Source of the DNA: a virus | Taxonomy: Duplodnaviria > Caudoviricetes | IMG/VR virus record: IMGVR_UViG_3300028797_000101 | Coordinates: 64,001 to 128,000 of that record | Length of the DNA: 64,000 bases | Strand: one strand, 5' to 3' | In this document: piece after piece, positions 10,746-20,631 of the stretch | How positions within the stretch are numbered: position 1 is the first letter of the stretch | Layout: each line of letters opens with the position of its first letter | Program-made: the position numbers and the translations under genes | Notes under the pieces: model-generated | Told to the model about the DNA's origin: nothing | The model's input: the letters and a program-made list of their open reading frames with translations, nothing else | The model's database searches: none

Positions 10746-10985
10746 ATGGACACTATCCAAATCACATATGTAGATAACGACGGTGCTACACGTTCATTGC
10801 ATCCAGGAGCTCACATAAAACTAGGAAGATTTGAATCTGATGAATGGGTTCTTGCTTTCGGTTGGTATTCCTGGGGTGGAAATCGTCCGGTTTGCGGATG
10901 GTACATGGTTGATGTTAAAAATCCTTCCAATGTAAGACCTCTTCAATTACCCGATCTTGATGATATCTATTATGTAGAACAATAG
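10746..10985 (+). CDS. small putative virion protein
   Basis: W..FGWYSWGG...GWY motif, also present at the N-terminus of the next ORF. Confidence 0.6.
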   Translation: MDTIQITYVDNDGATRSLHPGAHIKLGRFESDEWVLAFGWYSWGGNRPVCGWYMVDVKNPSNVRPLQLPDLDDIYYVEQ

Positions 10986-10998
10986 GAGGTATTAAACT

Positions 10999-11724
10999 GT
11001 GACTAATGATATGATACAAGTGCCTGGTACGTCTACTTATCTTACAGACGGAAGTGTTGTTATGTTTCCGGATGGTTCGGAAACAAAGTGGTTGGTGAAA
11101 TACGGGTGGTACAGCTATTTAGGAACTACTGTGTTTGGTTGGTACTACAGGTCAATCTCTGCAGGAGTTGTTGAGCCGCTCACAGCGGCAAGCCTGAGTG
11201 ATATCATTATCATTTCCGGAGCGTTTGTTCCTGATTGTCCATGTCCTCCGCCACCAGTTCCACCTTGTCCGCCGTATCCTCCATTTCCACCCGGACCTGA
11301 ACCCACTCCAGAAAAACCTGCATTCATATCTGAAGAGGAAAAAGCGAGATATGATGCAGCGTTTATCACATTCGCTACAATAGAAGCAAGAGATGAGTTT
11401 ACACTCAACAATGATATTCCAGATGGTAAGATCATAAGGGTGAACAATGCAGGAGATGATGAGGTTGGATATTTCCAATGGAACAGCGATGCGCAGGAGT
11501 GGGATCCATGGGAAGCACCTTCAGTTACTTCTGTAAGTGCCGATGACAAGATATTAGGCATTGACAATAGCGGAGCACTTTATAGTACATTAGCAGCTTC
11601 TTTACAGATTGACGCAGAAGATCAAACAGCAGAGATAAACATCACTGGAAAAGATGGAGCACAAGTAACTTCTGTAGATGTAACTCCGCTGATACCTAAG
11701 TGGCGTGTTGTAACTACTGAATAA
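10999..11724 (+). CDS. putative virion/tail protein with Pro-rich linker
   Basis: W..KYGWYSYLG...GWYY, PPPPVPPCPPYPP linker; AGGAGG RBS. Confidence 0.6.
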   Translation: MTNDMIQVPGTSTYLTDGSVVMFPDGSETKWLVKYGWYSYLGTTVFGWYYRSISAGVVEPLTAASLSDIIIISGAFVPDCPCPPPPVPPCPPYPPFPPGPEPTPEKPAFISEEEKARYDAAFITFATIEARDEFTLNNDIPDGKIIRVNNAGDDEVGYFQWNSDAQEWDPWEAPSVTSVSADDKILGIDNSGALYSTLAASLQIDAEDQTAEINITGKDGAQVTSVDVTPLIPKWRVVTTE

Positions 11725-11736
11725 GGAGGTTTTACA

Positions 11737-13497
11737 ATGTCTCGTGAAATATGGAACGAGGGTAGAGTAGTAGGTAGCTCTGCCTATGAAGTATATGTTA
11801 AACAGCATCTAAGTGAATATCCCGAAGTGCCTCCCGCTACAGAGCGTCAATGGTTAGCTGCTAGTCTTGCGATGGGTTCGTCCATGATACTCAAGATGCC
11901 TAATGTGACGGGAGTTACGCCACAAACACCTGTAACAGTAGATGTTGTTTTGCCCAACAACTGTAGATTAGCTGCTGCAAACACTATTGTAGCATCTTTC
12001 TTCGATGGCGAAGTAACTCTTGATAGCACAGGAAAATGGGCAACCAACGTCACCAGCTACGGTAAGTTGATCGGCAACAATGCAACAGAAAATCCTGGAG
12101 ATGCTACCTACACTACACAGAACCTTTCGTCTATCCCGCAGAATACATCCGGTTACAATGAATCCGCAATGATTACAAAACTGAAAGATTACTGCAACAT
12201 TGTAGATGGTGTAATCATACAATCCGGTACCTGGTCTGATAGCGAAGCAGCAGCTCCTGAAAAAGATCTTGCTCCTAATTTAGGGGATGGAGCTTTATTG
12301 AGATTTATTGTGAGAAATCACAACATAACTAACAGTCCGCTTATCCTTTTAACAGGTTTCACATTAAGATATGTTCTGTCAGGCGTAGCAGGGCTAGACG
12401 GCTCTACAAGCACTCCTACTCCCGGTGATGGAGATTTCTTAGGACCTAGCGTATTCCCTTGGGCAAACAAAATTATACTCACCGTTCCTAATCAATACAT
12501 ATCCTACATCGCTTCTCAAGATTATTTGAGATCTGTTCCAGCTTCTGCAGCGGCACAGCTTGTGACAGATACTCCAGTAATCGACATGAAAGCTACTAGG
12601 CCTGAAACATATTACAACGGAAGTAGTGCGCGTGTTGAGATAAATGTCGATAGATTTTCAACGATGGGCGACGGAACGCCGGTTCTTACAGTATACCAGA
12701 AATCAAGCAGCTATCCGCCTGCATTGTACGGTACATACGTCACACAAGGATTAACTAACTACTTATGTCCGCTTGACAGTGTAGCACCAGGCACTGTTAA
12801 GATGTTCCAGAATGCTTCACAATCTACGCTTATAGATTATGAGAACACGTTCGATGGGACATTTGCAGTTAATAGAAACAATGACGGAACACTTCAGACT
12901 CTAGATTCTAACAACAACATGGTTTCTGTAGCTGATTCTAAACTTGTAGATGTCAACTACACGAGCCGAGACAACGCGCATGCAAAAGCTAAAGCAGTTG
13001 TAACTTCTACCGGAACTAAGCGATCTGCTAGCGTTTCTGTAAGCGATGCATTAGGAAGCAGCGTGGATCCTACACAGTACACATTCTCCTCGGCTCCATC
13101 AAACACGATAACACCTGATAGCAACGGTAACATTACATGGGCTATGCTGTTTGAAGCAATGGCGAATGATTTAGGTGTAGATTTGCTGGAAGCTGCATTG
13201 AAAGACTTCAAGTCGCACCTTCCGGATGTTCAGTCTGGTACCAATGGCGTACTGAACATATTAGGAACAGGTCAATCGGCTATTGGAGGTGGGCTGAACT
13301 TAGGTGGAAATCTTGCAGCAGCTGGAACAGGCACACATACCTTTGCAGGTAACGTTGAATTATCAAGCACCAAGACTCTTAAAGTAGGTAAGAACTACAT
13401 TGACTTCAACGGTTTGAGATTGTATATTTCTAGTACCGCACCTACAGATACAGATGTTCCGGTAGGATCAATAGGAATAGGTTGGGGCTTCATTTAA
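11737..13497 (+). CDS. putative tail/baseplate or fibre protein
   Basis: G/S/T/N-rich; G.SAYEVY N-terminus and LYISSTAPT...GSIGIG C-terminus typical of tail fibre modules. Confidence 0.55.
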   Translation: MSREIWNEGRVVGSSAYEVYVKQHLSEYPEVPPATERQWLAASLAMGSSMILKMPNVTGVTPQTPVTVDVVLPNNCRLAAANTIVASFFDGEVTLDSTGKWATNVTSYGKLIGNNATENPGDATYTTQNLSSIPQNTSGYNESAMITKLKDYCNIVDGVIIQSGTWSDSEAAAPEKDLAPNLGDGALLRFIVRNHNITNSPLILLTGFTLRYVLSGVAGLDGSTSTPTPGDGDFLGPSVFPWANKIILTVPNQYISYIASQDYLRSVPASAAAQLVTDTPVIDMKATRPETYYNGSSARVEINVDRFSTMGDGTPVLTVYQKSSSYPPALYGTYVTQGLTNYLCPLDSVAPGTVKMFQNASQSTLIDYENTFDGTFAVNRNNDGTLQTLDSNNNMVSVADSKLVDVNYTSRDNAHAKAKAVVTSTGTKRSASVSVSDALGSSVDPTQYTFSSAPSNTITPDSNGNITWAMLFEAMANDLGVDLLEAALKDFKSHLPDVQSGTNGVLNILGTGQSAIGGGLNLGGNLAAAGTGTHTFAGNVELSSTKTLKVGKNYIDFNGLRLYISSTAPTDTDVPVGSIGIGWGFI

Positions 13498-13510
13498 GGA
13501 GAGTGAATAA

Positions 13511-16261
13511 ATGGCACAATATGGCGTAACAGCACTGTATAACTCCACTTACATATCTGGTGTAGTGGGCGGCGGTCATTACAACGCAGGCGACACTGTG
13601 TATTTGACTGTGTACCCAAAACCGGGCTGCACATTCACACACTGGACAGGAGATGTTTCAGGTGGAAGCAATCCACTCATATTTACTATGCCAGAAGCAG
13701 ATGTTTATGCGTACGCTGAAGGAGAAGGAGTTCCATATGATTACACTATAACATACAATAACAACGGTGGTACTGGATCGCCCTCTCCTACGTACAAGTA
13801 TGCAGGTCAGCCAGTGAATCTATCTCTCACTAGACCCACATATACAGGCTATCAATTCATAGGTTGGGGCCTTTCTCCTAGCGATACAATTCCTACATAT
13901 CAACCTGGTGATGTTTACACAAATGATGCAAGCGTAACCTTGTACGCCTTATGGGAAGAGGAAGAAATATGCATCACATATCACAGTAATGAAGGATCCA
14001 GTTTAGTTGTGTATGATGAGAAGACTGCTGGTACGCCACTAACTATTCGAACTATTGAATCCACGAGTTGGTCTAAGTACTACACAGTTACTTTCAATGC
14101 TAACGGCGGATCTATATCACCTTCCACAAGAGAAGTGGATTGTATATTCAACGGATGGAATACAGCAAGCGATGGAACAGGTACGTACTATGAACCAGGC
14201 GATTCATATGCTACAGAAAGCTCTTTAGATCTGTATGCCATCTGGCTTCCAAATACCATTGGATTGCTTCCTACTCCTACTAGAACACATTGTCAATTTG
14301 AAGGATGGACAACTACACTTAATGGATCTACTTTCATAGATCAAAGCTATGTAGTTTCTGCAGATACTATAGTGTACGCCAAGTGGTTGTACAATGTTAT
14401 ACTTCGAGCCAACAGCGGTAAGATTGTAGATAGCAGTGGACAAGATCCTGTAGAAGTAGAAGAAGTGGTTATAAACAAAGACGTAGGAGATACTGTCAGC
14501 TTTGCAGACTACACCGCTTACAAGATTGACATTGCACAAAGTTCTGAAGTTCTCACAGGACTTGTGTTATCTGATCCTTATGACTCGTCAAGTGAGTCTG
14601 GTCAATGTCTTGCTAGCGTAGGAAATAACATCTTTGTATTCAGTAGTGCTTCTGATGATACTAAGATTCAGAAAGTTAACACAAGTGCTAGATCTGTTTC
14701 AACGCTTGTATCTCCTTCCGGAATGGTTGGCGTAGATAAATCTTCTGGATGCGCAGCTGTAGGTACTGACATCTACCTTTTAGGTTCCAAAGTAGATACA
14801 ACTCAGCTTGATTGGTCATCTTACAATGTCATTCAAAAATATAACACAACCACAGGCACAATACAAACACTTGCAGATACACTTGCAAGAATGGTTCACA
14901 AAGCTGCTTGTGTTACATGTGGTACTGACATATATATCATCGGCGGCGAGTACATGTCTCAGGCAACTACAGAAACCACAATTGCTTCTGACGTAAGTAA
15001 GACGCTTCTGAGTGAGCCATCATGGCCTTATGATTCTACAGGTCATGGCGATTCACCCGGACCGCGTGTAGTAGATCGCATCATATTAGATTTATCTGGA
15101 TATGATCTTACAGACTATGATTCGCTTGAGATTGAGTGGAAAACAGAATCCATTAGAGTCAGTGACGGCTACATGCCTCTTCATGAGTTGGAGTACTGGT
15201 CTAGTCTTGATAGTACACATACTGTATTGTTTAATGAAGTTATCTCACTTAGCCAGGTTCCTTATATATACACCGGAACCATTTCTATTGATTTGACGGG
15301 CGTTATATCTATGTCTAGTTTCACGATGCAAGGTGCTGTAGAAAGCAGATCTACTTACATGTACTACCGTGCACAGATGACTATGACGATTGAATCTGCT
15401 AAGCTGATTGGGCACACATCCACTCAAGAAATCAAAGCTCATAAAGGTATACAGAAGTACGACACTACACAAGGTACAGTCACAAATCTTTCGGTATCGC
15501 TCCCATATGACGTTACTTCTGGGAACAATGCAGCAGCACTTATTGGTGATAATATTTACATTGTAGCAGACAATCTAACAATATACAAGTTAGATACTAC
15601 AGACAATAGTTTGACCACCGTGAAATCTATAGGAACTGCAACAGATGTTGAAGTAACTTGCGGAGCTATCGGAGACGATATTTACATCTTTACAGCAGAC
15701 CACACATATAGATTTGATACTCAAAGAAATGCTATGTCTGTAGCTCATGCAGATCTTACGTATGATCCTACAGGGGCTGGATGTGCAGTAATTTTTGACT
15801 ACGCGTATCTCGTAGGTACTGCAAATGATACGGTAGACGATCATTTTGATAAATATGCAGAAATCTATCAAGCTTTCTTGAATCCTACTTCTGCTAAGAT
15901 ATGGGTAGGATGGTCAGAAGATCCTACTGCAACGGTTCCTACTTACACACAACAGTCCACTTATTCAACAGATGCGCCCATCGTGTTATACGCAGTGTAT
16001 GTAGATAATGCATATACCGTTACGTTCTACTTAGATAGTTCATTCACTACAGTACTTCAGACATACACGAATGTTCTTCCTGGAACTTCCTTGACACCTC
16101 CGCCTACTCCTACCAAACCTGGATATGCTTTCCAAGGATGGAGTACAAATGCTTATTTGAACGTAACACAAGACTTAAATGTATTCGGTATGTGGGGAAT
16201 GGCTTATGTGTGGTTCTACGCAAGTGGCCAGGGCTGGATACCTTATGAACCAGAGGAGTAA
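13511..16261 (+). CDS. InlB B-repeat (Flg_new) plus Kelch beta-propeller protein; putative receptor-binding/tail protein
   Basis: repeated YT(I/V)T(Y/F)..NGG...PT..GY.F.GW...LYA.W units; six Kelch-like blades (e.g. CAAVGTDIYLLG, CVTCGTDIYIIGG). Confidence 0.75.
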   Translation: MAQYGVTALYNSTYISGVVGGGHYNAGDTVYLTVYPKPGCTFTHWTGDVSGGSNPLIFTMPEADVYAYAEGEGVPYDYTITYNNNGGTGSPSPTYKYAGQPVNLSLTRPTYTGYQFIGWGLSPSDTIPTYQPGDVYTNDASVTLYALWEEEEICITYHSNEGSSLVVYDEKTAGTPLTIRTIESTSWSKYYTVTFNANGGSISPSTREVDCIFNGWNTASDGTGTYYEPGDSYATESSLDLYAIWLPNTIGLLPTPTRTHCQFEGWTTTLNGSTFIDQSYVVSADTIVYAKWLYNVILRANSGKIVDSSGQDPVEVEEVVINKDVGDTVSFADYTAYKIDIAQSSEVLTGLVLSDPYDSSSESGQCLASVGNNIFVFSSASDDTKIQKVNTSARSVSTLVSPSGMVGVDKSSGCAAVGTDIYLLGSKVDTTQLDWSSYNVIQKYNTTTGTIQTLADTLARMVHKAACVTCGTDIYIIGGEYMSQATTETTIASDVSKTLLSEPSWPYDSTGHGDSPGPRVVDRIILDLSGYDLTDYDSLEIEWKTESIRVSDGYMPLHELEYWSSLDSTHTVLFNEVISLSQVPYIYTGTISIDLTGVISMSSFTMQGAVESRSTYMYYRAQMTMTIESAKLIGHTSTQEIKAHKGIQKYDTTQGTVTNLSVSLPYDVTSGNNAAALIGDNIYIVADNLTIYKLDTTDNSLTTVKSIGTATDVEVTCGAIGDDIYIFTADHTYRFDTQRNAMSVAHADLTYDPTGAGCAVIFDYAYLVGTANDTVDDHFDKYAEIYQAFLNPTSAKIWVGWSEDPTATVPTYTQQSTYSTDAPIVLYAVYVDNAYTVTFYLDSSFTTVLQTYTNVLPGTSLTPPPTPTKPGYAFQGWSTNAYLNVTQDLNVFGMWGMAYVWFYASGQGWIPYEPEE

Positions 16262-16266
16262 AGATT

Positions 16267-17064
16267 ATGGGTTGGATAATGTCTACTAGAGATCCTAGCA
16301 AGAAAAGAATATACAACTTCTACAAAGGATCGAATTCTTATGTACTGTATACAGATGAGGGAGGTCCGGATAACACTCGGGACTCTTGGAGCTGGCAGGA
16401 CAAGGGTCTTTGGGAAGCTAGAGACGAATGTATACTATATTACAATGACGAGGGCAAAGCTAAGGTCATCAACACAGCAACACTTGGCACATTGTCATGT
16501 AATTCTGGCGGGTCTAGGTTCTGGTCGTCTACTGGTATGATAGGCCCTGCATATGGTCAAGGTGGAACCTATGTGTCCTGGGCACATGTATATCATCTGA
16601 GTGCAGCTGGTCAGACGTTTGATCAATCACAACTTCAGACAATTTTAGCTGCATGTGAACAAGCTGGTGCAGTAGAAGCTTCTAATGTGGGTGCAACAGT
16701 AAACATAGCTGATCAACCGCCTAACATGATATCTCCGGGATCGTCTACTAACAGTACTGCATTGTTTGGCCTTAATCGTATACCAGGAGAATTCGTTCGA
16801 ACAACTTACACCGTTCCAGATTGCCCTATCATTTATCCTGGAGACATCTGTTTCTTGCACATAAGGATTGTTTCGTTTTCATCTGCAAGCTATACAGTAG
16901 TTCTTTTCAATTTAGCTGCGGATGATGTTCCGGTAGAGGATGCAGCTAAGAAGTATATCTGGCAATATCAATCAGATCATAGATGGCATCTCGTTAGACC
17001 ATACATGATAAAGGCAAGCACAGGTTGGATGAATGTAGAAGATGTTCACCACTGGCCTATCTAG
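16267..17064 (+). CDS. putative tail-associated protein
   Basis: follows the tail cluster; G/S/T-rich. Confidence 0.5.
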   Translation: MGWIMSTRDPSKKRIYNFYKGSNSYVLYTDEGGPDNTRDSWSWQDKGLWEARDECILYYNDEGKAKVINTATLGTLSCNSGGSRFWSSTGMIGPAYGQGGTYVSWAHVYHLSAAGQTFDQSQLQTILAACEQAGAVEASNVGATVNIADQPPNMISPGSSTNSTALFGLNRIPGEFVRTTYTVPDCPIIYPGDICFLHIRIVSFSSASYTVVLFNLAADDVPVEDAAKKYIWQYQSDHRWHLVRPYMIKASTGWMNVEDVHHWPI

Positions 17065-17079
17065 TACAAAGGAGTAAAC

Positions 17080-17502
17080 ATGATAATAAATTCAGCAAAA
17101 TCAACTTCAAAAACAAAGAATTTGCAGCCAAATCAAATCATTCCAAAAGTTGCAAAATATCTTTATAAATCTATCGACAGTGCATATGATTTGAAAACTT
17201 CTGTTAACACAGCAGATGTTTTCATTTCAGTGTTGTATCAGCTTCCAGTTTACATCGGTGTTAGCAAAACCAGATCCTACGATTCAGATGTCAATGAAAT
17301 GAAGCTTAACATCAATCTTACAACCTATGCAAAGAAGATAAGGATGAATATCATAGAGATCAGCCCAGAAGAGAAGACACTCGGTTTTGATACTTTCAAT
17401 CCAGAAGACTTAGAAGATGTTGTAGAAGCTAGAAAGAAGATCATGAATAAAATAAAGAAGCGTATATCTAAAGAATTTGCGGATTACGAATTTATATTCT
17501 AA
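17080..17502 (+). CDS. hypothetical protein (MIINSA N-terminus)
   Basis: AAAGGAG RBS. Confidence 0.7.
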   Translation: MIINSAKSTSKTKNLQPNQIIPKVAKYLYKSIDSAYDLKTSVNTADVFISVLYQLPVYIGVSKTRSYDSDVNEMKLNINLTTYAKKIRMNIIEISPEEKTLGFDTFNPEDLEDVVEARKKIMNKIKKRISKEFADYEFIF

Positions 17503-17581
17503 ATTCGTTATTGAACGTATGATCTACCTATTTTGAACCTTATTTACAATTGAAAAACCTTAACACATGGAGGTTATAGAA

Positions 17582-18109
17582 ATGAAGAGATTGATAGTTG
17601 CATCTGTTTCAACAAATGATGATTCTATCAGTAAAGAAGTACTTAGAATCAGATCTGAATTAGATTCTACAGGCGAATCAAGCACCTGTTCAAAAGATGT
17701 AGCAGATATGTACAGAGCTAACAAGAATCTTTTTCGGAAGTTCGAGGTTACTGATCAGCCGGATGGCTGCTACTTAATACGCGTTACTGCTTCCACAGAT
17801 CCTAACGATGAAATTTTCATGCTTATGGAGTATGATCCCGGAAGTCCTGAGGATGGAATGGACGCAGACGACTTCTACTGTATCGGCAAATTCTTTGCAA
17901 GAAGCTTGCAAGATGCAAAAGATCGTCTCGCATCACTAGAATATGATCTTCAGTTTGCTTCAGGTGATTTCTACGTAGACGAATACAATGAAGCGTTTGA
18001 TGACGATGATGAAGTATACAGCAGCTTAGATGCGCTGATCCAGGACAAGTTTGATTTCGAACACATTGGAATGGATTCTGCAGATGACGACACTTTACCA
18101 TTTGAATAA
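17582..18109 (+). CDS. acidic putative virion-internal protein (MKRLIVAS)
   Basis: GGAGG RBS supports start 17582; shared N-terminal motif. Confidence 0.65.
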   Translation: MKRLIVASVSTNDDSISKEVLRIRSELDSTGESSTCSKDVADMYRANKNLFRKFEVTDQPDGCYLIRVTASTDPNDEIFMLMEYDPGSPEDGMDADDFYCIGKFFARSLQDAKDRLASLEYDLQFASGDFYVDEYNEAFDDDDEVYSSLDALIQDKFDFEHIGMDSADDDTLPFE

Positions 18110-18138
18110 GACGTTCATCTCAACGATAACAAAGGAGT

Positions 18139-18480
18139 ATGAAGAACATGAAGGTAGATAGTTACGAAGATTGGCGTGAAGACGATGATATTATCCTGGA
18201 TGTCGTTTTTGACATCGAGAACGATGTATTATCAGAAAGAGGTCTGTTCTTAGACACTTCTGCTGTTAGAGGAGACACAGGACCTGTATTCCTGGGAGAA
18301 GATAACGGTACAGACATGATAGATGATCCTGCTGAAGCGTTCTATACTGCAGAGATCAGAGAATACGAAGATATGGAACGCAACATGTACGAACAGGCTT
18401 GCGATGAAGATGGGTTCTTCGATGCACAGAAATATCGAAACCTGTTTGCACAGTGGATAGATAGTGTAGTGGAACAATGA
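18139..18480 (+). CDS. acidic hypothetical protein
   Basis: AAAGGAG RBS. Confidence 0.7.
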   Translation: MKNMKVDSYEDWREDDDIILDVVFDIENDVLSERGLFLDTSAVRGDTGPVFLGEDNGTDMIDDPAEAFYTAEIREYEDMERNMYEQACDEDGFFDAQKYRNLFAQWIDSVVEQ

Positions 18481-18537
18481 CATTTCGTTTAATATTGTGA
18501 AACTGTAGATTCACTGTAGTTGATCGAGGATGTAGAA

Positions 18538-19029
18538 ATGAAACGACATATCATGGCAGAAGAAGATTGGGAGCCCAACGATAACGACGAACTGAACAGC
18601 CTGAAAGAGCTCATGCAGGATAACATATCGAAACAAGATGATATCCAAGTAGGTATCTTCTGGTATGATCCTGAAGAAGCCGAGCTATTCGGTGTAGTAA
18701 CCGCCGATATAGAGGATGTGCAATTCTACAAGTCGAATCTATTCAATACCGAAGTAAAGACCTGCAGGCCGCTGCATTACAAAGTATGGGAGAGAAACTT
18801 CGTCAAAGGTAAGGATAAAAGGTTCCAGGGTGACTATACACTAGTTCCTAGAGGTCGTGTATTTTATGTCAAGAACAAAGGCCCAGTAGTTATCGTAGGC
18901 GATTGGATTGACGAATATCCCTCTGCAAAAGAGCAGATACTCTTAGAATTCAATCTACCACAATCAACAGAGTTCAGGAAAGACGTCCATTGGAATATTG
19001 GACATGAATGGTCAGATAAATTTATGTAA
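18538..19029 (+). CDS. hypothetical protein (MKRHIMAE)
   Basis: GAGG RBS; VGIFWY...PRGRVFY...DVHW. Confidence 0.7.
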   Translation: MKRHIMAEEDWEPNDNDELNSLKELMQDNISKQDDIQVGIFWYDPEEAELFGVVTADIEDVQFYKSNLFNTEVKTCRPLHYKVWERNFVKGKDKRFQGDYTLVPRGRVFYVKNKGPVVIVGDWIDEYPSAKEQILLEFNLPQSTEFRKDVHWNIGHEWSDKFM

Positions 19030-19047
19030 TTCCGGAGGGATCAACAC

Positions 19048-19206
19048 ATGAAGAAATATGTAAAAGCTGCATCGGAAGAGAAAATGTCTTTTAGAGAGTG
19101 GTTAGATTTCACATACTATCCAGGATTCTATGAAGCTGCTTCTGGATTGTCCGATGAAGAATACTACGAATTGGAAGATGCTTATCAAGAGTACTTGAGA
19201 GAATAA
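19048..19206 (+). CDS. 52-aa acidic protein (MKKYVKAASEE), absent from the ORF track
   Basis: GGAGG RBS, open frame to TAA 19204-19206, shared N-terminal motif. Confidence 0.7.
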   Translation: MKKYVKAASEEKMSFREWLDFTYYPGFYEAASGLSDEEYYELEDAYQEYLRE

Positions 19207-19256
19207 GCTATGTACTAGAGACGAGAACATGAAATAGTTCAAGGAGGAAATTAAAC

Positions 19257-19475
19257 ATGATTGTAGTACAACAGGTTATTATGGACATCGCTTGCGATTC
19301 AGAAGTAGATGCTGCAGAACAGGTCAAGATCGCACTCTCTAAGAGCGCAGTGTTTACAAAAGATGATTATCTCCAGGGTGGCTGCTACATAGCAGGTGAA
19401 CCCACTTGTGAAACATCCTGGACACCTGCAGAGTATGAAAGGATAACAGGTGTTGATGTAATGAGTTTAGATTAG
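19257..19475 (+). CDS. hypothetical protein
   Basis: AGGAGG RBS. Confidence 0.65.
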   Translation: MIVVQQVIMDIACDSEVDAAEQVKIALSKSAVFTKDDYLQGGCYIAGEPTCETSWTPAEYERITGVDVMSLD

Positions 19476-19515
19476 ACTCCGAAAATCAATGTCAAAACTG
19501 AGAGGAGATTGATTC

Positions 19516-19857
19516 ATGAAACTGCATATTAGTTCCGCATCAAACAGTGATGCACCATATACAGCCAAGCTGTTCTACAATACAGCTTGTGCTGAGCGTA
19601 GACCCTATCGCAATCGGGAAGAATTCAGAGAGGATTTTTCGATAGTAAACGTCCCTGGAGCTAATGACCTTGAAGCTTTTGAAAATCTCCAGGATTTTTT
19701 AGACGAGTACCAGGACTTCAAGACTCCTCAAGAATACATAGACTTCTGGGATTCTCAAGACCTTGGAGATGGTTCTACTATTGTCCTTTGGGTCAAAAGA
19801 GGCTCTAAGTATGTTTACAACTCCGGGTTGACTATGAAGGATCTTTGGGAGAGTTAA
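19516..19857 (+). CDS. hypothetical protein (MKLHISSAS)
   Basis: GAGGAG RBS; shared N-terminal motif. Confidence 0.7.
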   Translation: MKLHISSASNSDAPYTAKLFYNTACAERRPYRNREEFREDFSIVNVPGANDLEAFENLQDFLDEYQDFKTPQEYIDFWDSQDLGDGSTIVLWVKRGSKYVYNSGLTMKDLWES

Positions 19858-20073
19858 CTACTAAATAACTTCATTCGCAGTTTTGTACAAAACCTGACAT
19901 CCTGCGAAACATAAATGAAAAATAACGGATACATATTGAAACAAAAGTAAGGTCCGTTCATGTATCTCTATACACATGCACGGACTTATTTTATGGTAAT
20001 ATCCGCAGTTTGGTTTTACTTTCCCAGTCCTGCGGTTTACAAATAAAAACACTACTAAAGGAGGACATGAATA

Positions 20074-20607
20074 ATGTCAGAAACAAAAAGCAACATTGCA
20101 CAGAGAAGTAAAGAGGAGTTGAGGGCAGATGGTGTGACTTTGCTTGGTGCAGGCCATACTGAGTACCCTAACACCTACAATCCAGGAGTGCTTCAGTCAT
20201 TTGAGAACAAGAACAAAGATGTCGATTATGTAATTACTTTCGACATTACAGAAGGCACAAGCCTTTGCCCTGTTACGCATCAGCCAGATTTCTTTAAGAT
20301 GGTTGTTACGTACATTCCTGCAGATAGATGCCTCGAATCAAAATCTGCAAAGTTATACAATTTTGGTTGGAGAGAGACTCCTTCCTACCATGAGGATATT
20401 GTCAATACTACTATGAAGGATATCAGAGATCTTATCCACCCGAAACTGATCGTAGTCAAAGGTATATTCTCGGTTCGTGGTGGCATCGCCTTGTTCCCTG
20501 TAGCTACATATGCTGATCCTAAGTATCCTGAGTATGTTGAGATGGAGAAGCAGATCAAGATGCAGTCCATGTGCGATGCAATCAATCGTACTGTCAAGTA
20601 TGACTAA
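20074..20607 (+). CDS. queF: preQ0 reductase (unimodular QueF)
   Basis: GVTLLG, TSLCPVTHQPDF (catalytic Cys/Asp), ESKSAKLY QueF motif, HED, RGGI. Confidence 0.9.
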   Translation: MSETKSNIAQRSKEELRADGVTLLGAGHTEYPNTYNPGVLQSFENKNKDVDYVITFDITEGTSLCPVTHQPDFFKMVVTYIPADRCLESKSAKLYNFGWRETPSYHEDIVNTTMKDIRDLIHPKLIVVKGIFSVRGGIALFPVATYADPKYPEYVEMEKQIKMQSMCDAINRTVKYD

Positions 20608-20631
20608 GTAACTACGGAAGGTGGAACGCAA

